A stretch of DNA of 64,000 nt from Eledone cirrhosa (taxonomy: Eukaryota). The stretch is from assembly GCA_964016885.1 (NCBI GenBank), contig OZ024741.1, positions 62,992,001 through 63,056,000 on the forward strand. Reading direction: 5' to 3'. Every line of letters starts with the position of its first letter. Positions within the stretch are counted from its first letter, which is position 1. The notes beneath the pieces are model-generated. The model had not been told where the DNA came from. It made no database searches and saw only the letters and a list, made by a program, of their open reading frames with translations. Below are positions 1 through 14,548 of the stretch, piece after piece. The translations under genes and the position numbers were made by a program.

Positions 1-1449
1 CCGTACCTCAGCGGTGGTTTGTATCGCGACGATGCACTTCTACTTATAAACTATAAAAAATTCAATATAGAAAGGACTAGAAAACTATTGCACAAAACAT
101 TCAAAAACTTTAACCTTAGTATCACCATGGACAAAAACACCAAAAACGTCAACTTCCTAGACGCCACACTCTACCTAGACTCAATGATATATGCACCTTT
201 CCACAAACCTAATGAAAAACTCATCTACGTAGATACCAAGTCTAACCACCCTAAATCTATATTGAACTCTATCTCTAAGGGAGTATCTAATAGAATCTCT
301 AATCTATCCTATGACATAAACACATTTAACAATTACTCGCAGTATTATAATCAGGCATTAGCTAGATCAGGCCATAATACAGGGATAGAGTTCCTACCTA
401 CAAAAACACATAGCTACAACATTATTTCACACAACATGTCCATGGGAAAATTTAATAATAGGAATAGCAACTGCACAGACACTAATAGGGATAGTAACAA
501 CAAAAGTAACCCACACCACAGAAATTACCATAGGAACATTAAAGGAAACAAATCACCAGACATAAAAAACAGAAATAGAAGAAGAAATAATACATTTTTC
601 AACCCTCCTTTCAATTTAAACGTCTCTACCAACCTACCTAGGGCTCTCTTCTCACTACTAGATAAACACTTCCCATCCGGCCACAGGTACCACGGCCTTT
701 TAAACAAAAACACTATTAAGATCTCATACTTTACTACGCCTAACTTAGCATACCACATAGCTAGTACCAATAAAAGAAAAATTAATTCTTACTTCCAACA
801 AACTAAATCACAACAGTCGATAAACCTTCAAAATAACATTCAAAATAACATTCAAAGTAACATTATAGCAACTAACCGTAATATCAATGGAAATAATAAT
901 AATAGCACTAGTGTAAACATTAACGCTGCGTACCACAACCCACATAACCATAACCCTATAGCTAACATCCAAACTTCTACACAGCATAGTAACCGGCAGA
1001 CTAGCACCCAGAGTAATTGTAACTGTAGATCAAGTAGAACCTGCCCTTTAGATAAAAAATGCTTAACCAAGGATATCATATACTCATGTACAGTCACAAC
1101 TAACAACTCTTCTGAAACCTATATAGGCTCTACTTCTAACTGCTTCAAAACTAGATACAATTCGCACATCCACTCTTTCAAAAAACACAGTCTAGCCAAC
1201 TCCACTTCACTATCTAGCTACATACACTATCTAAAAACTAAAAATAAAATATATACACTTAAATGGGAAGTGGTAGGTAGTGCAACATCGTACAAACCAC
1301 CTAATAAATTTTGTAACCTCTGTCTACTTGAGACCCATACTATCATCTTCTCTAAACATAATCTCCTTAATAAAAAATCAGAAGTGTTCGCAACTTGCTA
1401 ACACTGCTTCCGACACTCATTCCAAAACTTAAAACCCTATATATAATAA
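1..1449 (+). mobile_element. Penelope-like element ORF (RT C-terminal part, Asn-rich linker, GIY-YIG endonuclease), runs off the window edge
   Basis: GLYRDD RT motif, VNFLDATL, FFNPPF, CNCRSSRTCPLDKKCL, TYIGSTSNCFKTRYNSHIHSF, LKW, CNLCLLE and LLNKKSE. The TAA at 1399 sits in the terminal C-x-H motif and is probably premature. Confidence 0.92.
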
Positions 1450-3655
1450 TGTCAGACTGGAACCGGGACCACCCCTGGCAATTAACATCAGTAGCTCACC
1501 TTACACCTCACATCCACACCCATTTATATACTCTAAGGATAATACTGACAGCATTTTAGTACCACCTACCCTGGGAATACCCCCTTATACCTATAATTCT
1601 GATATCTCGACCGTGGACTACTTAAACTGCATTGCACAAATATAAGATTAGTATAAACCGGGAACACGGTATTGGTTGCGATAACATAATCCTGTGCATG
1701 GATTGCCACCAAGAGATAGATTGATGATTAGATAGATAATCGTATTGTTATGTGAATATATACTGTAAACGATCAGTTCAATGAATTATGCACAGGTGAT
1801 GCATGAGTTAGGAGTCTCTGTGTTGCCAGGGGACCTGATCGGTATCTTTTGACGAGAGAACCGGCCACCGGACCACCCTGGTGAATTCACCGGGGATGCA
1901 GTCATACTACGACCTGAATCTCGCCGGGAGTCATGTATGATAATAAGACCATTACTGATAGTGAGACCCATATAATTAATTATGTAGTCTGACTCTCCTT
2001 ATAGATTGGCCGGGTGTGGCACCCCATATTGGATTGTACTCATCATGATATGAACTCCTTTAGTACTTATTAATGGACTCCACGCCAACTTGTAGATGGG
2101 ATACCTGATTTATATGTGGGATGGGAGTTTGTACATTGCTTGGTGGCCAGACAGGGGTCCTGGTATGAGAGATTTAATCTCCAGATTGTAATCATCATGA
2201 TATGAACTCCTTTAGTACCTATTGATAGATTCCACTCTAACTTGTAGGTGTGATACCTAATTAATTTATATATGAGATGGGGGTATTCTATTGCTTGATG
2301 GCCAGACTAGTGCCTATATGAGAAATTTGATCTCCGGACCATCCCGAAGGTATTCAGATTTACTGGAGATTCAGACATACAATGATCCAGAGCCTACCGG
2401 GTGTCATATACAATAGTGGGACCATGCCAGGTCCTACTGTTATATTACATTTGCATGGAACAGTGATTTGGGAGTCTGACTCCTCTTATAGAATGTTCAG
2501 TTATGACACCCCTTAATGGAAGGTAATCATCCTAATATATACACCCTTGTACTTCTTAATGGACAGCTCTCTAACCTATAAATGGGAAACATACTCTAGA
2601 AATTAGTTGTAACTTCATATGATAGGCACGTATTTGAATCACCATTAATGTAGTTTAGGATAATAAATTTAACTAAGAAAACTAGCTAGTTACCTCCCCT
2701 TACGCTTTAATTCCCCTTAGTCATTCAGACACTTCCGGAATCTAAACAACATGATCTATTAATTAAGAACCGTCAAGATACGCTTTATAACTTGATTATA
2801 TGCTGAACCATCGTGAATTATACGATAGACACGTGTTCTATATATTGCGTCTCATGGATTATGTGAGTGGTGGTGTGAGCGAAGACAGTGGTACGGCTTT
2901 GCCTACGATAGAATAAGGTTTATAATATGTTGAGAGTTTTTGATATTTTGGTGTTTCCCTGCTTCCGGGACTGTATATCATACAGATGTATGCGAATAAA
3001 TGACTTAATAATTCAGCCCACATAATAAGATCGATTGCCTGCTTCAACTGCCTGATCCTGCAAATATCATTCTGGCGCACTCTAATCATGTATAAATAAG
3101 ACACGCGTGCATGCTACACGTGAGATTGTTTCATACACTGACTACTCTAAACTTTCCTCTTGCTTTATCTTCAAAGACTGCCAACGCTTCATGCTTATAT
3201 TTATTTTCATTTTTGTTTTTATTTTTATTTTTATTTTTATTTTTATCCTGTAACCTCTATATGTAAATTGCCATCCTATATCATTTGATGAATGTCACCC
3301 CACTGTTGATCAATATGCGCATATGTTTTATATGTCTCTTGTGTTTTATATGTCTCTTGGGTTGAAAAGGAGGTCAAGTATGTTATAGATCAGTAAATAG
3401 TTGCTCCGAAGAATCCAAACCTCGGTTTGGAGGAAACAATTGTAAGCAAATAAATGACTTAAACTGAACTTTGATTATTGTAATCTCTATATAACTGCTC
3501 TGTAAAACAACTGATGTTATTACATTGAGCTATTTATCTTACTGGTAATAGGATAGTAATTAATGACTATCCTTCACTATTTAGGGTTGTATAAAAAAAA
3601 TATATTACCATAAAAGGTTTTATTACATACATAACCATAAATAGTATCCTTAATA
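1450..3655 (+). mobile_element. Long 3' UTR/pLTR of PLE 1 with an internal ~153-bp repeat
   Basis: catcatgatatgaactcctttagtac occurs at 2041 and 2194, with a third diverged copy at ~2473-2587. The region ends with an HHR, AATAAA and a tail before (TA)n. Confidence 0.6.
3401..3449 (+). ncRNA. Minimal type-I hammerhead ribozyme (U4C core variant)
   Basis: Stem I TTGCT/AGCAA, core CCGAAGA, stem II TCCAAAC-CTCG-GTTTGGA, GAAA-C-AATT-G-TA. AATAAA follows. Confidence 0.8.
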
Positions 3656-3699
3656 TATATATATATATATATAGCATGACAAAGATTAATATGGTTCAT

Positions 3700-5950
3700 T
3701 GATTACTCAATGAATATAGTTTTTTAAATCTAGGAAAAGTCCTCCTTACAACAAACTCTTGGCAAATTTCGAAAACGAAATATTTAATATATTAAGGAAT
3801 ATAAAATTAAAAAAAAAAACATATAGAGGCCAAGAATAGCTTAGAGGTCTAAGGGAAAAAATTAATGACATAAAAAGTAAATAAAATATTAGTGAAATCA
3901 GACAAAACCAACAACCTATATGGGATTGAAAAAACAAAATATAATGACTTAATTTTAAAAGAATTGAGAAAAAAATACAGAAAGGCCCCGAGTGAGGATT
4001 TATTGGATATTAATAATGATGCATTTGAAATTATCACCAATCTTGGATTAGAACGTAAGACCGAACCTTTCATACCAAGGCAACCGCGGATAAATTTTAA
4101 AGACCACAAAAGAAAGACTTATTGCACCTTCGAAATCAGATCTTGGAATAATTAGTAAAAACATAATAGTTAGGATTTTGCAAACGTTAAAATTGAGGTC
4201 AAGGCTTAACCTATGGAAGGGCACTAGTGAAGTCATAGATGGTTTCAATAATATCGAAAATAAGAAAGATCATAAATTCATTCAAATGGACATAGCGAGT
4301 TATTATTCCTCAATAACTCCTAACTTACTAAATAAGGCGCTTTCATATGCATATAAACACACGGATCTATCTATTGACGAGATAAATATCATTTTAACGG
4401 CAAGGCGAACCTTGATTGATTTTATTAGTGATTTTTGGACTAGATGTGATGGGCAGGAGAACTTTGACATTACTATGGGCTCGTCTGATTCGGCGCAAGT
4501 TACCGAAGTTGTTGGAATTTTCATCCTTAATATGATAAATAGAAAACTGCAGGATATTACCGGTGGTTTATATAGAGACAACATATTATTTACTGTAGAT
4601 AGACATAATAATAGCGAATTAAATAGAGTAAAGAAAATAATTATAGAATTCTTTAAAAATCATGACTTGAAATTAGAAGTAGAAAATAACAATAAAAGAT
4701 TTTTTTTGAGATGTAACTCTTAATTTGAACTCAGGCCTCTATTACCCCTTCTATAAACTCAATGAAAACTTAAATTATGTTAGTTTTTACTCTAATCATC
4801 CTAAAAGTGTTAAAAATGCAATAGTCAACAGTGTCCAACAACGAATATCCAGATTATCTGCTAATAGATCCATATTTAATAGTAAAGCAGTATCTTATAA
4901 TGAAGCGTTACATAAAGCAGGATATAAAAATAATATTTAGTATATAGAAAAAAATAATATTAATTATAATCGCAGTATTCATAATAACAATAATGGAATT
5001 GACTGTAAAAACAACTTCAGGAAGAAACTGGGGAAAAATAAGGACTAGATCCATAATTTGGTATGCTGCGCCAGCATCTTTAGCTATTAAAACCCCTTTT
5101 ATTTTTTAAAGCCTTGGAGAAATGTTTCCCTAGAACACATAAGTATTACTCTATCTTCAATAGACACACAGAGTTAAACTCTCTTATTCAACAACTATGA
5201 ATATTGCTCAAAATATAGCAAAAATAAATAGTAAAAATCTTAATTTGGCCCAGCATATAATTAGCGATAGTAACAATAATAATAATACATTAGTTAATTG
5301 GAATAACAATAATAATAATTTAAATACGAATAATAGTAGAACACCTCTAAATAATAATAATAATAATACGAATAGCTTAGGTTATAAAAATAACATCGAA
5401 ATGAATTGTAACTGTAGAAGGAAATCAGAATGCCCTTTATAAAATAACTGCCTTGACAAGAATCTAGTGTATAAATGTACCATTAAGACTAATAATTGTT
5501 TCTACTTTAGGCACAAGGCCAGCAAATACCCAGTACATTACTGGTACTTTATTTTATCGACCCCGTAAGGATGAAAGGCAAAGTTAATCTCGGCGGTTAA
5601 GACTAATAATAATAATACATATGACTACATTGGTGCCACTTCATCTAAGTTTAAGTTTCGCTTTTACAATCATAAACATTCTTTTTCTAATCCAGATAAA
5701 ACATTTTCTACATGACTCTCACAATTAATATGATCTTTGAAGGAAAAAAAATATCAAATACTCAATTTCTTGGAGTAAGTTGAAGAATTCTGATTCCTAC
5801 CGAAATGCATCCATTTCACCAAATTGTAATCTTTGCAATTTAGAGACTCTATTGATAAACTATGGTAATTTAGTTAATAAGAAAAATGAGTTATTTAGCA
5901 GCTGTCAACATAAGTCTGGAAGAAACTTTCAAGTATTATACAAATTTTGA
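3700..5950 (+). pseudogene. Degenerate PLE ORF 2 (RT + GIY-YIG)
   Basis: KSDKTNNLY, FIQMDIASYYSSI, FDITMGSSDSAQVTEVVG, GGLYRDN, SNHP, CNCRRKSECPL, YDYIGATSSKFKFRFYNHKHSF and CNLC, with many stops and frameshifts. Confidence 0.9.
5497..5596 (-). mobile_element. 5'-truncated SINE (Nin/Deu-like domain) inserted in the PLE 2 GIY-YIG region
   Basis: ctttgcctttcatcc...ggggtcgataaaataaaagtaccag on the minus strand, with a perfect 14-bp target-site duplication ttaagactaataat at 5483-5496 and 5597-5610. Confidence 0.85.
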
Positions 5951-7119
5951 AAAAATATTGACTATTAGTATTCTTAAAAAATTATATATATAACGTTTTG
6001 CCTTACCGGTAAAAATTGTTTGTCGTTTTTATCTAGTAAATTAATCTCATGATGTGTCTCAGTATCCTATGTTTGGATTTAGAATGGTCATTGTTTAACT
6101 AGAATTTTCTTGATTTGTGGTTTGAAATATCTTTTGGTTTTCATAATACTTAAATGTTTTAAATGTTCACATATGATGAATGAGTTATCTTCCTTTGTTT
6201 AGATTCTTCGTAAATCATTTTGTTCTGTCTGAATAGCTTGCTAAAGTATATTTAACATGATTTATACAGTTTAATAGTATATGGTAATCCTTAAAGGGAA
6301 ACTATATATAATAATAAGTAATTATAGAAGTAAATTAGAAATAATAAAACTTTTGAGAATAAATATAACTACAAATTAATCCTGTAATGAAATGATAATC
6401 AATGAATTGAAAATATTTTATAAAGAAAATAGAATAATTCAGATAATAAATGATCTTAATATGATATAAAATATATATACTGATGGTGACATATGCATAT
6501 GTTTTAATAAATATCTTTATACATATTTAATAATTATTTAAATATGCTTTAAAGATAAAAATGTTTTTAAATGTTGTAACAAGATATTTAATGAATATAT
6601 TACTTAATTAAACTATCTATCTGTTGGCTATAGAAAATATTTTTATATTTTTTTATATTGTTTAATTTTGATATAATATATAAGTATAATTAGCTTAAAC
6701 ATTACAAAAGATATTAAACATTTCATGTTATTTAATTGGTTGCCTCAATTTGACTTAATATTTGAAAACATCGGTCTTTATACATCCACCTCATTTATTT
6801 TTTTTTTTTTTTGTCGTTATTTCTTCTTTCGTCTTCTCTCTTCTCTCTTCCTTTTCCTTTTATATATTTCTTCCCTAATACTTCTATTTACTCATTTAAA
6901 TATTTATGCATATATCTGTTTATTTATTTTCTTCTTGCATTACCTCATATTAACCCACTCCATATACCCATATCTCGCTCCACATCCTCTTCTTCTTTAA
7001 ATTTAAGTTCATCATGTTATTATTTGTGGTATATAAATGTTAAGATTTGTTGTAATAAATCACTGCCAATACTGGAAATGAACCATCAAGACCGTTGTGG
7101 TATGTCAGACATTCATGTA

Positions 7120-7181
7120 TTTTATCTGACGAGGACGTACTGAAAAAACAGCACAGTACCTTCGAAATATATATAATAAAA
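7120..7181 (+). ncRNA. Hammerhead ribozyme at the probable 3' end of PLE 2
   Basis: TTTTAT/ATAAAA stem I, CTGACGA, GTACTG/CAGTAC stem II, GAAA-TATATA-TA. Confidence 0.8.
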
Positions 7182-7225
7182 CATACATTTTGATTAAGTG
7201 AATGTCTTCATTTATTATTATTCTG

Positions 7226-7284
<59 letters not shown>

Positions 7285-7286
<2 letters not shown>

Positions 7287-7486
7287 AGAAAAACCACAGA
7301 CCCTCCATCTCAACTCACCTTTTGAAAAGCAGAAGAACTGCGAAACCGGTAAAGGAACCAAATAAATATATATATATTTTTTTAAAATAAGTCTCCAGTT
7401 GCATTTTCGATTTCATCTCTTTTTCTTTATACTTTCACTCGTGTAGGACACCTCGGTTATTTTTCATTTTGTAAAAAAAACCTCAC

Positions 7487-7490
<4 letters not shown>
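7285..7490 (+). mobile_element. Short TA-inserted element with a degenerate HHR (7318-7355)
   Basis: CCTT-TTGAAAA-GCAG..CTGC-GAAA-CCGG-TA-AAGG. The tail resembles 18230-18285 on the minus strand. Confidence 0.5.
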
Positions 7491-7573
<83 letters not shown>

Positions 7574-7595
7574 TATATATATATAGAGATATTTA

Positions 7596-8345
7596 TAAAC
7601 GGAAAAAATGAAACGAAATTTCATTTCCCACTCTTAGTACGGCTGTTACTTAAATATAAGTATGTACACGTACATACATACATGTATACAGACGTACAGT
7701 AGTATGTATATATATACATACATGCACACATATATATATGTATGTATGGATTCACCGAACATTTATTATAATGTTCGGTGTGTTTGTAAACAAACATCCC
7801 GTATTAAGCCGTAGTGTCTAGCAAACATCGTTGCTCGTTTGTTCACCACTCACAAAGGATCGTTGTACTAGTTTCAAGCTTATTAGCTATCGTCAGCAAC
7901 GTATACCTTCCTGCCAGATTGTTGAACGTATATACTTACCTTATGCATATTAACGGCTGAGTAGCCCAATTTGCATATCGAGTGGGTTAATCGGCCGGGT
8001 GCACCGAAAACGATAAACGGGTAAAATGAAACATTTTAATATGCATTACGATAGAATGTATAAGGTAAGTATATACGTTCAACAATCTGGCAAGAAGGTA
8101 TACTTTTCTGACGATAGCTAATAAGCTTGAAACTAGTAGAGCGTTCAATTGTGAGTGTTGAACAAACGAGCAACGATGGTTGCTAGACACTACGGCTTAA
8201 TACGGGATGTTTGTTTACAAACACACCGAGCATTATAATAAATGTTCGGTGAATCCATACGTACATATAAATATGTGTGCATGTATGTATATATATATAC
8301 ATACTACTGTACGTCTGTATACATATATGTATGTACGTGTACATA

Positions 8346-8350
<5 letters not shown>
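7596..8350. repeat. Retrozyme-like family B, diverged copy: one ~417-bp unit (minus) plus an inverted partial copy
   Basis: HHR on minus at 7861-7901 (CGTTG/CAACG, CTGACGA, GAAACTAGTA), a degenerate plus copy near 8102-8144, and ATTTGCAT at 7969. Confidence 0.8.
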
Positions 8351-8431
<81 letters not shown>

Positions 8432-8444
8432 AAAGCAGAAAATT

Positions 8445-8730
8445 ACTTATTGTAAACCAGTTCGTGGTTCAGGGGTTAGATTCAATAAGAGGGTAGAAAA
8501 TTTGTCAGATGGTATCAGTAGGAGGTTAAGAGTTCGATTTGCACTTATAGTGCGAACGTTTTTCTTTAAGTCTATGGTTGCAATACATTGATCTTTCGAT
8601 TTTATTGTTGAGTAACTTATTCTTCGAACTCAAAATGTGGAACAGTTCAAGGTAACATAACCGACAGCTTCTCATACCCTCTTATTGAATCTAACCCCTT
8701 TAATTACCCACAGTAACCAATACTTATATC
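8445..8730. repeat. Old fold-back element
   Basis: aggggttagattcaataagagggta (~8479-8503) is inverted at ~8674-8699. Confidence 0.5.
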
Positions 8731-9144
8731 CCTCTCTCCTCCTTCATTCCTTTTATCTTTTTTCGTTTTCTTCTTTTCTTCTCTTCCTCTTTTGTTTTCT
8801 TTTTTTACTTCGTTTTTCTCTTTCCCCTTTTTTATATATATATATTTATCTCTCTATCTCTCCCCCTCCATCTCTCTGTCTCCCTCCAACTATAAACAAT
8901 TTAATTATCTTTAACTCTCTACACTGTAAATTGACGACATCAAGTCTACGAATCAAAACTGTTCGAGGAATCCTTCCATCTTTACCCCTCCCTCCATCTC
9001 CGTTTGTCCCTCTACTTCCTAATGCTTCTGTCCCTTCCTCTCTCTCTATACTAATAAAAGCGATTTAAGGTGCGCTTACCAATGAAATGGTCGTAAATAC
9101 CTGGATAAAATCCCTTTTTTAATGCTTGCCTGTGTTTTCTCTTT

Positions 9145-9267
<123 letters not shown>

Positions 9268-10156
9268 AGTATGTATGTATACGTACATACATATATGTAT
9301 ACAGACGCACAGTAGCATGCATATATATATATATATATATACATATATATACATACAGGTACACATATATATATGTACGTATCAGTTTAGCGGACGTTTA
9401 TTATAACGCCCCCTTTGTCCGTTTGTAAACAAACGGACAACCTGATTTATGCCGTACGGTGTTAAGGCAACCACGTCACCTTTTTGTTCAACACTGGCAC
9501 AGGAACTATGTACTAGTTTCAAGCTTCTTAGCTATCTTCAGCACCGTATACCCTTCTGCCAGATGGTTGAACGTTCGAAAGTATATACTTTCCTTATGAA
9601 AATTAACGGCTGAGCAGCCTAATTTGCATATAGAGTGAGTTCAGTCGGCCAGGCGTACCGAAAACGATAAGTTGTAATATAATGAAACGAAATTTCATTT
9701 CTCACTCTTAGTACGGCACTTACTTAAATGTAAGTATGTATGTATACGTATATACATATATGTATACAGACGCACAGTAGCATGCATATATATATATATA
9801 CATATATATACATACAGGTACACATATATATATGTACGTATCAGTTTAGCGGACGTTTATTATAACGCCCGCTTTGTCCGTTTGTAAACAAACGGACAGC
9901 CTTATTTATGCCGTACGGTGTTAAGGCAACCACGTCACCTTTTTGTTCAACACTGGCACAGGAACGATGTACTAGTTTCAAGCTTCTTAGCTATCATCAG
10001 CACCGTATATATAACGTATTATAACGCCCGCTTTGTCCGTTTGTAAACAAACAGACAGCCTGATAAGTGCCGTACTAAGAGTGAGAAATGAAATTTCGTT
10101 TCATTATATTACAACTTATCGTTTTAGGTACGCCTGGCCGACTGAACTCACTCGAT

Positions 10157-10164
10157 ATGCAAAT
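10157..10164 (+). promoter_or_regulatory. Octamer motif ATGCAAAT upstream of the family B ribozyme
   Basis: Exact octamer, conserved in every complete unit (7969, 9622, 10157, 35570 and the next two units). Function is inferred only. Confidence 0.4.
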
Positions 10165-10238
10165 TAGGCTGCTCAGCCGTTAATTTTCATAGGGAAAGTA
10201 TATACTTTCGAACGTTCAACCATCTGGCAGAAGGGTAT

Positions 10239-10281
10239 ACGGTGCTGATGATAGCTAAGAAGCTTGAAACTAGTACATCGT
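10239..10281 (+). ncRNA. Hammerhead ribozyme (family B)
   Basis: ACGGTG/CATCGT stem I, CTGATGA, AGCT-AAGA-AGCT stem II, GAAA-CTAG-TA. Predicted cleavage after A10275. Confidence 0.88.
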
Positions 10282-10438
10282 TCCTGTGCCAGTGTTGAAC
10301 AAAAAGGTGACGTGGTTGCCTTAACACCGTACGGCATAAATCAGGCTGTCCGTTTGTTTACAAACGGACAAAGCGGGCGTTATAATAAACGTCCTCTAAA
10401 CTGATACGTATATATATATATGTGTACCTGTATGTATA

Positions 10439-10478
<40 letters not shown>

Positions 10479-10631
10479 TGCTACTGTGCGTCTGTATACA
10501 TATATGTATGTACGTATACATACATACTTACATTTAAGTAAGTGCCGTACTAAGAGTGAGAAATGAAATTTCGTTTCATTATATTACAACTTATATATAT
10601 ATATATATATACGTATATATTTATATATATG

Positions 10632-11552
10632 GGCCAGTCTCCCTGACGTCACATATCTGTAATCATGGAGCGAGTCATCAGAAAAAACTATCAGTTTCCT
10701 CGAGGAAAATGACCGCCTGACTAGCACGCAGCATGGCTTTCGCCCAGGAAGAAGCTGCCTTACACAGCTGCTACTACGACTGGGTACTGAAACAACTGCT
10801 AGACAGCTCACGTGTGGACCTGATATATCACAAACTACACGGACTCGGCATAACTGGAAAAGTAGGTGAATGGCTGCACGACTTCTTAACGGCCAGAAGC
10901 CAGACAGCCGCAGCAAACGGGGCCTCCTCAGAGGAAATAACAATAACAAGTGGGGTGCCCCAAGGCACAGTCCTGGGACCACTACTGTTTTGGTGGCTCT
11001 CTCAAACGTGCCATCTGTAGTACATACAACAACATCCTTCACTAGCTATGCTGATGACACTAAGGTAGCACAGGCAATCAAAAACCCGGCTGACGCTGCC
11101 CTTTTACAACAAGATCTGGATGCCATATACAAATAGGTGGAAGACAACAACATGCAGTTTACTTTGGTACCAAACTTTGGCATTGGGAGCTGGACCAACC
11201 GTCGAACAGGACGTCACCGTGTGGTGCCAAAGGTCCTGTCGTCCACATATAGAATAAGGAGCAGATATTGCAATAGCCTGGGTTTCAAGGGCCCTCAACT
11301 CTTCAACAAGCTGCCGAAGGATCTGAGAGATCTGCATGGTGTGGATGTGAATGTCTTCAAGAAACATCTCGACACCTTGCTATCCAGGATCCTGGATGAG
11401 CCCACAGCTAGGCACGAGGGAAACCTAAGCGAGGCAGCAACCAACTCCCTCTAGCACCAGTGGTCAACCAATACAGGCTGGAGATAAAATGTCTAGCATC
11501 AAGTGCGGTGCCCCAACATGGCCTCAGCCGGATGGCTGGAACAGGTAAAAGA

Positions 11553-11553
<1 letters not shown>
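10632..11553 (+). mobile_element. CR1-group LINE 3' fragment with internal deletions
   Basis: QHGFRPGRSC, GITGKVGEWLHDFL, SGVPQGTVLGPLL, YADDTK and GPQLFNKLPKDLR. The 3' tail is shared with 32822-33862. Confidence 0.9.
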
Positions 11554-11640
<87 letters not shown>

Positions 11641-11649
11641 GTATATATA

Positions 11650-13630
11650 ATAAGAGGTTAACGAGACTAGATAGGTTTTCCCTGCTAGTACCGGCTGCGT
11701 CTCAGTGTACTCAATACGTAAGATTATGTATAACTCGGCTTGGCAGTTTCTGCTTCAGCTGTAAAATGTTGCGGATGAAAGCGACCTGGAGTGGGACCGG
11801 CTGGCAGGGGGGGCCCTTTGCTTCAATCAAGAGCTAAAAGACGCTATCCGAGCAAAAAAGAAGCCTACAAATATTGGCTTGGAAATAAGCCATCGTTCTT
11901 GTACATGAGGTACAAGCAGAGTCACAAAATTACACCAGAGACAGTAAAGGTGTCCAAAGTTAAAACATTGAAGGACGCTGGAATCCTACTTCAGATCAGC
12001 AAATAATCCGGTATCACCTGCTATCACGAACTCGCCTGGGCTTCTCCTCTATTCAGAGAGATCCATTGTCGCGAGGTGGAGAAAGTACTTCGCTGATCTC
12101 CTAAAGTCGGTCACAACAGCATCTTCTGATGTAGATGAGGTGCGTTTCAGTGCGTTGACTAATCTCTCGGAGGTTGAGGGCATACGTTCAATTAAATAGC
12201 TTAGATGTAGCATGGCCGCTGATGAGGTTGAAATACCTCAAAAGATTAAAGTCTTAAATTGAGAAGGTATTCTCTGGTTGGCTTGTGTTTGTCCGGTAGC
12301 ATGAAATTCTGGCAAGACACAGAAGCAATTGAAATCGTTAGATACAATCCCACTTTTCAAAAAGGCTAGCAATATAGCAGACAAGATAGATTGCTCTAAA
12401 AATCGAGGAATCTGCTTGATATGCCTCCCCGGTAAAGGCTATAATCAGTGTCTGGCAAAGAGGTGAAGGGATAATGGTGAGCCAAGCGAGCTGATAAACA
12501 GTGCGGTTTTTGCCCTGGACGAAGCACAGTCGACCATATCTTCACACTGCCGCAGAGTTTTGAGAAATCATGGGAGTACTGTCAAGAGGTGTATGCATGC
12601 TTCGTAGACCTCGAAAAGACATACGAACACGTTTCCTGGAACCTTCTGTAGATGGTGGTTCTGCAGTGGCTTGGGTCGATGGATAACTTTTTTTGCCCTG
12701 ATGTCTCAATAGAAATGCCCTAGTATTTGTTTTCGGATAATTGCTTGTAAATCGAAACCATTCGATGTGAGTGTCAGACTCCAGCATGAGTGCGTACTGT
12801 CATATCTCCTGTTTGATTTTTCATAAACATGATTGGTATGCGCAGTCGAGTTGGAAGTATCATCCCCACAAGTGAGTGTGGGATCAGTAAGCTGGAATTT
12901 ATGGGCGATGTGTACTACTTAACTCGTCAGAAGGTAATCTCTGACAAGCACTTGATAGGTTTGATGCCGAGTGCTGCATGGAGGAATGAAAATCAGTGCT
13001 GTGAAGACAGAGACACACGCCTCTCAAAGACGCCTGTGCAGTGCACTTTTATATGTGACTGGAATTCCACTGCAGCACGTGGAGAGTTTCACGTATCTCG
13101 GGTCCGAGTGATGGAATTCCGGAGGCTGAATTAAGTACAAGAACATCATGATTTGCTGCAATGATGCGCCATCTACAACATTCGTCCATCAGAAGGGATG
13201 TCGGTACAAAAGCTAAACTTTCTATTTACAAGTCGTTATTCGTGCCAACTCTTGCCTATATTCTTGAATGACTGAAGGAATACAATCGTGAATACAAGTG
13301 GCCGAAATGGAGTTCGTCCGATGGGTGTTTGAAGTAAGGTTACTCGATAAGAAGCGTAGCTCGGAGACGGGAGAGTCACTTGAGGTAGAATCGCTACACC
13401 TCCCAATTAAGTTATTACAGCTTCGTTACTACGGGTATATGGTTAGAATGCCTCCGGAAGGAATTGTTGGATATATTGTACGAGTAGAACTAAACGGCAG
13501 GAGAACCAGGGCTGGACACCGAAGAAGACGGTTGAATAACAATCCATGAGTTCGGCTAGTCTTGCTTGGGGATCCAGCCGACTCAATTGGAGACGGTTCC
13601 TTTTATGAGGAGCCGCTGGAACTGCCCCCA
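11650..13630 (+). pseudogene. Degraded RTE-clade LINE
   Basis: QCGFCPGRSTVDHIFTL, FEKSWEY, YACFVDLEK, QVAEMEFVR and LRYYGYMVRMPPE...GRR. Confidence 0.8.
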
Positions 13631-14224
13631 CGTTAGAATCGGTAGAACACTTTTCAAAACCACAATGATTCACTCCTTCTTAAACGTGTTGCGATTTACA
13701 AGGGAAAGATTTCTATCTGTTAATTTATTGGAATTTAATCCCAATTTTAGACTTAAATAAATGGTTTTACCTTCATGCACTTTCAGATATATTTGACACA
13801 GATATAACAACAGTTTTAGTTTACAAACAACACCGTAAGAAAACGTCACGTTGAGAGTCTTTTATACTGAAAAGTTTATGAATTAAACACCACGTTTAAT
13901 TTTTTATACGCATTGTTTGGCCTGCCAATCAATTAAATGATTTTATTGACAATGCTTTCAATAACATTAAACTGTTTTGACTACCTCCTTTGTATACAGA
14001 CATTTATAAATAATAATATAATACTTTCCAGAATCTATTGTCTCCTCATTGGAATATAACTATCCTATGATTCTGCCTTCAGAATTATGCTGTTGCAGTT
14101 AGTTTTTATATCAAGTACGATGGAAAATAAAAAACTGAAATTACTACCGATAGTAGCTGTATGCTTTGATATCAGGTTCGAAATATATTGCAGACACGAT
14201 TATTAACTATGTTGCTCGATGATC

Positions 14225-14548
14225 GGAAGAGACAAAATAATCTAAATAATTATATTGACTCGATAATCAGAGCTATATATCAAATTATAAAATAAGAGGA
14301 AATAATAGACACAGATATATACCTATTTTCTCTTCAAAATCCCGACTGTACAGTTGCCCTGATCCGTATTCAACAATTGTACATTTCAGATATGCGTCAT
14401 CCTTGTGAGGCAAATCAGCTTATCCGGGAACACCTCATGGAAAGGATTGCTTTCCAGGCTCGTTTGTAGCAAGTGAGAAAAAATAGGTATATATATATGT
14501 GTCTGTTATTTCCTCTTATTTTATAATTTGATATAAAGCTCTGATTAT
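14225..14548. repeat. Fold-back element with ~70-bp inverted arms
   Basis: 14263-14332 is inverted at 14475-14548. Confidence 0.7.

Noticed and set aside
1390-1410. Recoded stop (selenocysteine) in the PLE ORF
   Set aside because: The stop is TAA replacing a Lys/Arg-type position rather than TGA at a Cys, and no SECIS is seen.
11670-11845. HDV-like fold at the 5' end of the degraded RTE (GCGTCT/AGACGC, GCTAAA)
   Set aside because: The would-be P3/L3 region is ~100 nt, which is non-canonical.
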